From: Antedon mediterranea
Taxonomy: Eukaryota; Animalia; Echinodermata
Direction: 5' to 3'
Length of the DNA: 64,000 nt
Assembly: GCF_964355755.1 (NCBI RefSeq)
Contig: NC_092670.1
Span: forward strand, 30,368,388-30,432,387
Every line of letters starts with the position of its first letter. Positions within the stretch are counted from its first letter, which is position 1. The position numbers were made by a program, and so were the translations under genes. Under the pieces are notes generated by a model, which saw nothing but the letters and a program-made list of their open reading frames with translations, ran no database searches and was not told the origin of the DNA. Shown here one piece after another: positions 51,801 to 60,800 of this stretch.

Positions 51801-54800
51801 CTCAAAACCTTTAATGTGTCCCAGATCAGAACCAAATAGATGGGGAAACTTATTTTTTACCCAACCCATATTGGTATCCTCACCCTCACAGTTCTCAACT
51901 TTCATTGTCAAACATGACATAGTCGACCCATTAATTGTTAATGCTAGCCTTTGAATTAAATCTTTTCCCAAAATAGAACACCCTTGGTCTACTACTAAAA
52001 ACTTTGCTGTAGCCATTTTGACTTGTACTTAACTAATGCATTAAATTCCCCAACAATTTTAATTGTTTGTCTTGTATAAGTTAACAAATTAACTCCACTT
52101 GGGTACAGTGCTTCCTGCACAAAATGTCTTTGAAACAGTTTCATACTTAACAGGGATACATCTGACGCTGTATCAACAACAAAAGGTAGGTTCACATTAT
52201 TCACTGAAATATTTGTCTTCCTCATGCACTCACCATTAGCTTCTCCATCGACACACTGCATAACATTTGCATTTCCAACTTCCCGACACATGCGCTGAAA
52301 GTGGCCTACTCTGGAACACTGACAGCATACTCGACTCTTTGCTGGACATTCATCAGAATTTGCCAGGTGGCGTTGTGACCCGCATCGAAAACATCGTCTT
52401 TTTCCTTTCCCATTAGGACCATTGTTACGGTAGCTCCTTTTGTTCACCTGTGTTTGTGCACACACTGGCATTGGTACTGCATTGAATTCATCAGGAATCT
52501 TTACCGCTATCCCCTCTATCGCTTTCCATTCCTTCTCAGCTGCTTCGACCCTCTCTGCAACCTGAATAGCTTTAGTCAAGGTCAATTCTTTCTCCATTAA
52601 TAATCTTTCACGTACTCTTGTAGAGTTTGTTTTTTCTACAATCTGATCACGGATCATGTCGTCATGCAACCCAGCAAACTGGCACGTACTTGCTAAGTGT
52701 TTAAGAGCTAAAACAAACGTTTGAACGTTCTCACCTGGTTCATGAGATCGGCTACGGAACTTGTACCTCTCCGCTACAACGTTAATTTTAGGTTCAAAAT
52801 AGTCACCAAGTAATGGTAATGCTCTTGTATATTCATCATTACCATCGTCTGCTGCCTGCTGTGCACCTGGTATAGCAGCCGAAGTAGCCCTACTGTTCAA
52901 AACAGTGTAATAAATCCGTTGAGCTTCCGTACCTAACGACGCTATCAGGATAGCTTTGCGGCGGCCCGCCGACGCTTCCTCCAAGTCAGCAGCCGACAAG
53001 TAATTTTGAAATATTATTTTCCATGTTTTCCACTGAACAACAGGCGTGCCTGGAGATTCCAGAAATGGGTGTGGTTTACTCACTATATTATAGTTCATCC
53101 TCGTTGCCAATTGTAGTATCCAACAATTTAATAAAGTACAAGAAAACACAGTATAAAATTAACACGTTATCTTTATTGTCTACTTTCTCTCTCTAACCTC
53201 GTGTTCCAACACCTGCCCTCTTGTTCCCGTTACCACACAATTACTCTTCTTATATTCCACATATTAGAGAAGAAGGTGTGAGTCTGTACAATACAATTGA
53301 TGATACATCAGGGATTGATGGGTACACTGTGATGACAGGGAACAAAAAGTCACATTGAACTGTGCACTGTATTATCTTTACTTGTTTGGATTTTAAAGAG
53401 CACTTTATTTCCCAACAAAAGTGTGCTCAATCTAAGTGCATGCAGAAGAGGTTAATTGATTTTTTGTGTTTACTGATTAAAACATATATTCAAATAGTTT
53501 GTGCCCAAAAAGTATTTGTGTCTTACAACAGTTTAAAATGTCGAAAGTGTCGCTGAAAGACCACAGTATTTTGTACTGAAGTCATAATTTTATATAAAAC
53601 TTTTGTCTATCTTGGAACCAATTTAAAAATAACAAATGTTAATCTTATGACAAACAAAGAGTTAGGCATTTGTAAGGTCCAACATATAATGGACAACCTA
53701 CCAGACAAAACCGTACTTCTATGAATGGATGGTTAGAAGCAGGGACATTAATTGAACCATGTACCATCTAGATGTTTCATCATTCAGAAATTGTTTATTA
53801 TTATTTTTTACTGTACAAAGTTTTAATCATTATTCAGTAGGAAGTAAATAAACTCATACAGTATTCATTTTCAATATTTTCCTCAAGTGTATACATTATT
53901 AGTTTGTGTATATTTGATGGGGTAATTGCTAAAAAAACTAATATATTGCTTTGTTTTAATACATTCAATATTATAGATAAATCTTCTGTTTTCTGTGTCT
54001 GAACGTACATTTAATTGATTTGCTTAAAATGTAACTTTAGTAAGAATAGAATAGGTAATGCATAGGGGAAAAAACAAATGTTTTGATATGTTTTAATGAA
54101 TTCGTATTGACTAATTTTCTAGAAACATTTTCATTTGACTCATGTACACAATACCACAGTTTGCTGTGTCTGACTGAACAATTTTTTTAATTGATTTGCT
54201 TAAAATTATATCTTTAATAAGAGAATAGATAGAGAAAATTATTTTATAGTAAATAATATAAGATGGTAAGTTTCATTTAATTTTTATCATCTTTAGATTA
54301 CTATATTTAAACTTTGTAGTAGAAGCAGTAAGTTTAATAAAATTGTTGCAGTCAAATTGATGTAGTGTACATTTTAGTGTTAGTTGACAAAGTCTGTTGT
54401 GTGCACCTATAACTTTAAAATAAAGAGCTAAATAATTATGCTAATTTTATAAAAATGTAATTTAATTTGTTTCCTTCTAGTACAATTTCAGCAATATTTC
54501 ACCTTAAAAAGCAGAAAAATACAGGAATTTAGGAGAAAAGAATATTTAGATGTTGCAGAACCGGAACAAAGTTCTCAACCACACCCACTTCCTTTAAGAA
54601 ACTGTGTGGTATATGCAAACAATATTATTAGTAAAATAGTTTCCTTTACCATGCAGAAAAACTTAAAATGTCCATGATGTCCAGTTTATTAAGATATGTA
54701 AAGCAACATTGCACCAAATTGTAAGTTAACCCCCTATGACTTATTGTAATTCCTTTTCATTTGAAATGAATTAAAACACCAATTAACTATAATATAACAC

Positions 54801-57800
54801 TATTAACTTTATATTAAAATACATTTGAACTTATTGAAATACTTTCATGTTATCAATTAAAACACTAATTAACTTGTTAACATAATTGTAATACAAAAAG
54901 AAAGTTATTTTATTTTAGTTTTGCTTTTCGTTTAAAGATCACCCAAGGCCTTTGCAGTTTCGATCCTGTGTTTCTACTACTAAATCTTATAATGTATTTA
55001 AATTTGTAATGTGATTCATTGGCTTATTGCAATTTTAAATGACTGTTTAAAGCCACTAGACCTATGTTTTTTTCGATCTATTTTAAGTTCACACACTACA
55101 TTTTATGTAAAAATATGCATACTATATGGACCTTAATTTATGTCGCCCACTACAAATATCAGAATGTATCCGGCACGGATAGATATTTTCATATTGCGAT
55201 GGGATGCACCCACTTCGATCAATCGGGAAAGGGTATAAACAAACAAATGAACTGTAACTTTTCGGCGGAAATTCCAGGTTTTCCCCAATTTGTAGTAACG
55301 GATTCAGCAACGAGACAACGCCAGGCTAGGCCTATAGCTAGCGCACAATGTTCCTACGTTACCACTCTTTACCAGCCTACACTACACATTAGCTAAACTA
55401 AGAAGAAGACATTAATTCGACATGAGCTACTTAGGTAGTGCATTGTTTCTCTCTTTTTAAATCTATATATAAATTTACTTAAGGGCAAAATTTAATAAAT
55501 TGCGCGTTACTTCTAGAATGTTTACTTGATGAAAGTTGGTTTGTACTGTACTTTCGGTACCGATTTTAACCATGTGATGTAACCCTGTTTACTAATTAAA
55601 TTGAGTTAGATAATTAGTTATTGACGATCGTGGTCTAATGGATGTCCATCTTGAAAAATACCTGCACACAATAATACAAGGATGCTTCGCATTTACCTAT
55701 CCCCTTCTATGATAATTGTTTTTAATAGTGGAAAACCGGTTGAACAGCTCGAGTACAGCTTCATAATGTTGAAGACAGGCAGATTTTCTTTCAAAAAATA
55801 CTATTTTGGTAGATTTAATAATTATACGTATTGTATTGATTTGCGATGAATGGAACATTCCAATCTCTCAGTCTCTGTATTATTATTTGGTTTAACACTA
55901 GTAGGTATGGGTCCTTGCGGATAAACTTAAAACGTTTAGATATAGTATTGCAAATACTTTGACAATACTGTAAATATATTTATCATAATTATGTAACTAC
56001 ATACTGCATACATGACCACACGTAACGGAACTTTCAATCTAAAAGGAAGTAAAACTATTTAGTTAGTTTCTGCAATATTTTTTTAACCAAATCTAAACTA
56101 TATATAAATACAGTTTCAATGCTCACCTTCAGTCACTCACTAATCAGTTAATAAAAGATCAACAGTTTTTGGAATAACATAGGGAATGTGACCAGATAGT
56201 GTACAGAATGGTCTGTTCACCACTAATCTTCGTTGCATTGGTTTCCCTGTTAGATGTCAGTGGTGCTATTAAAGGTTTTGTTTGCTGGAGGTATGATCAT
56301 GCATTAGTTAAACACCATCTGGCAATATTACCAATTGATGACCAGTTTAATGCGGATACTCTTGGCAAATATCCTGATAAAAGGTTGAAGTGTCATCTGT
56401 TAATATCCTTCAATTTGCAACAATATTTAGGAATATACACATGTCAAGATGAGGTAAACAATCATTATGTGGTTCCTTCTCCAAGAGTTAAACAAATTCA
56501 ACCACAATCTGATTTGGGAGTTACTTGTGAACATTTTAGAAACGTAATTGAGGGAGAAGAAGTGAACATTTCATGCAGGTTTAACACAATTAAAAACATT
56601 GGCTGTGTCACAACTGGATGGATCCAGGAAAAATATAGCAATGTGCTGTCACACAACGAAATGAGTTTTGTTCAAACTTTAACTGGATTTCAATCTGGAG
56701 ATGGTATATTCTTTTACTGCATAAAAGCATACTGCTTCACAATGATACTGCAGGTTTATCCTCGAATAAATGTGAACATTCAAAGATACTTGTATGGTTC
56801 TACACCTGCTGTTCATGTGGATACCAATTGTTTCAAGTGCTACACAGATTCTGTAGATGGTATAAGTATTGACAGTTGGACCTTGAATGGAAATGGACTT
56901 TCAGAAGACTATGCCAACCAAGGGAAAGATGAAGGATGCTTTGAAAACTTACCAGCTGGTGATTACAGTGTCAAATGTCTGGTGAATACTGAAGCTCAGA
57001 AAATCTTGGTTGTGTCAGACTTTATTGTTTATGATCTCCATTTAAGAGATGCAAAGACAACGTCACAAATTACTACATCTCTACAACACAACCAGGTATC
57101 AACTGATATCAGTAAAAAAGAGTCAAAAGTTGGAGACACAATAGCCATTATACTAGCAAGAAGTAGTAGCATACTGATAGTTATTGCTTTGTTTTACCTT
57201 CTCAAAAGAAAGCATACCAACAGATCAGAACCGGCTGTGTATTATCACAGTGTCCATAACACCTCTAATGTTCAACAGATAAGTGCAGGAGACGAAAATG
57301 TGTACAACACTATTGATGATACAGCAGAGGCTGCTGGGAATGACTATATTACTGACCCTGTAACAGAAAACCATTTTAGACATTCAGAAAATAATAACCA
57401 AGAATTGAATGGAAGTGATGTTGGAGTCCTACAGATCATAGCAGGAAACCAAAATATGTACAACACTATTGATACAGCAGAGGCTGCTGGGAATAACTTA
57501 TATGTTATTACTGACCCTATAACAGAGAACGGTTTTAGAGATTCAGAAACCAACAGCAGAGAACTTGATGGATATGATGTTGAAGCAGCACAGTATTTTG
57601 TACTGGAGTCATGATGTTCTTTTTTCTCATCGTTCATTTAACACTTAATAAATACATACTCCTTTCATGTATACTTGGAGATCGTATACTGGACTAGTAT
57701 CTATAATACATGTTTTGGAACTACTTTCTATAGTTTTACTTGACACTGTAGTTTTGCATGATGGAATTATTTCAAATAAAGGTTAACTTACTATTGCAAC

Positions 57801-60800
57801 CAAATAGAGTGTTTTTGTTTGTGTTTAAATATGCAGGCACACTTTCTAATTCTAATAGAATAATAATTATATTATGTATACATTACTACTGTAAATTGTT
57901 GTGTGTAATTGTTACATAAAAAAAAAATTGTAAATAAAAATGGGTTTTGCATTGTAAGAATCACATGTAAGTGCTCAAGAGGTTGGTGTGAACTCATCCT
58001 GGCACCCTCTTTTTTTTTTCCACAAAAAATCCTGATATTACACTATAGTAGTATACATTTCTGTATCACATCTCCTTAGTCTCTTTGGTTGCATGTCATA
58101 TAAATTATGTGATCAGTTTATATGCCTCAACATTTCAATGCCATACTCTTGCCTTCTTTGTTTGTAGTAACAATTTTTTTTTTTTCAGTAATTCATAGGT
58201 TATAAATTATCTTCTATTTCAGTGAAAGTAAATTCATTATATTGCTTGTTCACATTCAAAGGATTTTACTATATTAAGTGTAGTGCCTTCAAGATAAACA
58301 TAATTGTTAATTAGGCACATTTAATTTGTGTACACCCGTGGTTAGATTATAGTGGATTTCAGTTAGAGCAATTATACCAGCTTAAGAGAAATGTATGCAT
58401 TTACATTTAATAATTAAAGCTTAAAGATTCATTTCCTACAAAATTCATTCAACAATACATTTAAATGACATATCATATATTTGTGTATGATTTTGCTGAA
58501 TAATGGTTTTTTTTATAACCAAATCAGATAGTACATTATTTTTACCATTACAAAAAAAAATTGTATAATGTGTGTGTGGTTTAACAGTTTTCTAAAAAAA
58601 AAACTTATTTGTATTGACAAACAATTGAAATGAAAGCCTATCAAAGTAAAACTTTTTTTACAATTATTTTGGACATTCAATTTGACCTATCTTCCTTTAG
58701 TTGTTCAAAGTGTATGTAATGTAAAGTTTCCATTGTATAGCACCATTCCAACGAATGGATCTGTGGACTTCAACTTCATGCTTCTCCCCAATGTCATGTC
58801 AGTACTGAACACATAACCCCTAGTCATTAAATTGCACACAAGTATATTGTGTACACTGGATCTACAGTTTATATTCTTTATAGAAGACTCATGGAGCGTG
58901 AGCCTGGAACTGTTGCCATATGTTTTTCTTCAAAGCAGAGCTCTAAAGATTGGGTTTAAAAAAAAATTATTTTAAGATAATTATTGCTATAAATCTTTGG
59001 TTGGTTACTATAACTGTTACCTAGAGTATTCTTTTATAACATGTTTATTTGTCTTTGGTTTTCATAGATGCAGTGTTTGCAGGTCCCATGCCTACCATGG
59101 CTTCTGTTAAATTATCTACAGGTAGATGTATAGTAAACCATCCCCATTATGAAGATGCTGGTTTAAGGTAAGGTTACCTAATGATTTACATTGCTAATTA
59201 TTATAGGAAGACTATAATATAGAATATTGTTGACATGGATATAACATTCTAGTACTGTACAATGAAACTACACCATAAACTTGGTGTTTTTTTATTTTGA
59301 GACAAATACTGTATAAATGTTAACATTTTGTGTTTATATTGTAAATTATGTATGATTTTCATAAACCTATCATGTTTTATGCTTAAATTGAAAGTGTTCT
59401 ACTGGGCTGTTTTTAATGAAAAGTTTGCATAATAATAGAACAATAGTTAATTAATGAAGGTGCGAAGTATCATTGAAATACAACAATTAGAATACCCTTG
59501 CTAAGGCGTAAACTTATTAAACGCCCTGTTTATTTTTTTTGTATTTGTCATTTCCTGTTACTTAATTTAATAAGCTTTTTTCTCAAAACATTAAAACAGC
59601 CAAAACTTTAGACTGAGATATCTCTGGAAGTAGACATGGTATTAAGATATTTTTTAGCATTTTAAATCTTGGATTATGTAGTTTCAGTATTTGAAAAACT
59701 CAATTGTCTGATTTCTCTTGCATTTTGTATGTGCCACATATGTTGAAGGAAATTAATATGTAATAAAACTAAGCACCCTCTATATAATGAACCTGTTTAT
59801 TGTTAGACAATTGTCTTTAGAAGTATTAAATTTATGCAGAACAAATCATTATATATTGTCATTCATCTCTTACATTATTCTTGTGTATAATGCCAGTCAA
59901 CGATTATGTAAGTTAGTTATTGTGGTTAACTGGAAGATGCATCCTTCCATAAATATTACTGTTAGACTTTTACATAATGTTTTTTTGTTTGTTTTTGTTT
60001 CTAATTTGTGACTTGCTTCTGGCCCCCATATGAATAAAAAATACATTAATGGTTTCAATAGAGCTCGAACTAAAAAGGTATACTCAATGTATAGCCGTAA
60101 GTCACCAACTGAAGTACATCAAAACTTAGTTGATCTTCAAGTTCAATATGCAATCCTTGAGAACTCATGGTGTGTCCGACGTTCAAAGTAAGTTTACTCT
60201 TTACTTGTATGATGCTGTTTTATGCAAATTCCACATTTTCTGAATAAGTAACCCTTTGTTAAATAAGTGATTGATTTTGTAATTTTTGTTTGGATAAATT
60301 CCGAATAATTGGCAATTATTGTTTTCTCACATTACCAACACATTTAAGCTCTTTTAAAACAAGATCATCTGGAAATAAAATCCTTTTTCTGCAAATTCAA
60401 AACGATACATTTGCAAACAAAATATAGAGGTATAGACATTTTCTGGTGTAGCAATAAATTATTGCTGTAATTAAAGTAGTTGAATACCTATGATCACTTT
60501 GACCGTCACTTCAGGATTTCAAATGGATTTGTACATAAGACCAACTGATGCCATGTTTAAGATATGCTGCTTCAGATTCATTGGCTAATCTTGAGTCTGA
60601 TATTGAATGTTATACAATGCAATTTTGTCCACATATTATATATGCTCGTTGCCAAGGAAAGTAAGCTGATATACTATCTATCTGCATTATGGGAGTATGT
60701 TTCCATACGTGTTTAATCCCCCAAAGAATAACTGAGATAATAATGTTCAGCGCTTAGAGGTTTCACAACATTAGGTGCTATATAAATCCAGGATATTTTT

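Larger units (their letters stand above)
49503..53237 (-). mobile_element. Gypsy (probably Mag-like) LTR retrotransposon, decayed and lacking its 3' end
   Basis: Domain order gag (two Cys/His knuckles), protease (VDTA), RT (RLCVDLR, FIDD), RNase H (TDGS), integrase (HHCC, TD.G.QF, NG.VER); frameshifts and stops; 5' LTR and PBS present. Confidence 0.92.

Noticed and set aside
56199-56207. GTG start for receptor B2
   Set aside because: An in-frame ATG at 56208 gives a complete signal peptide; the GTG may be a mutated ancestral ATG, by comparison with B1
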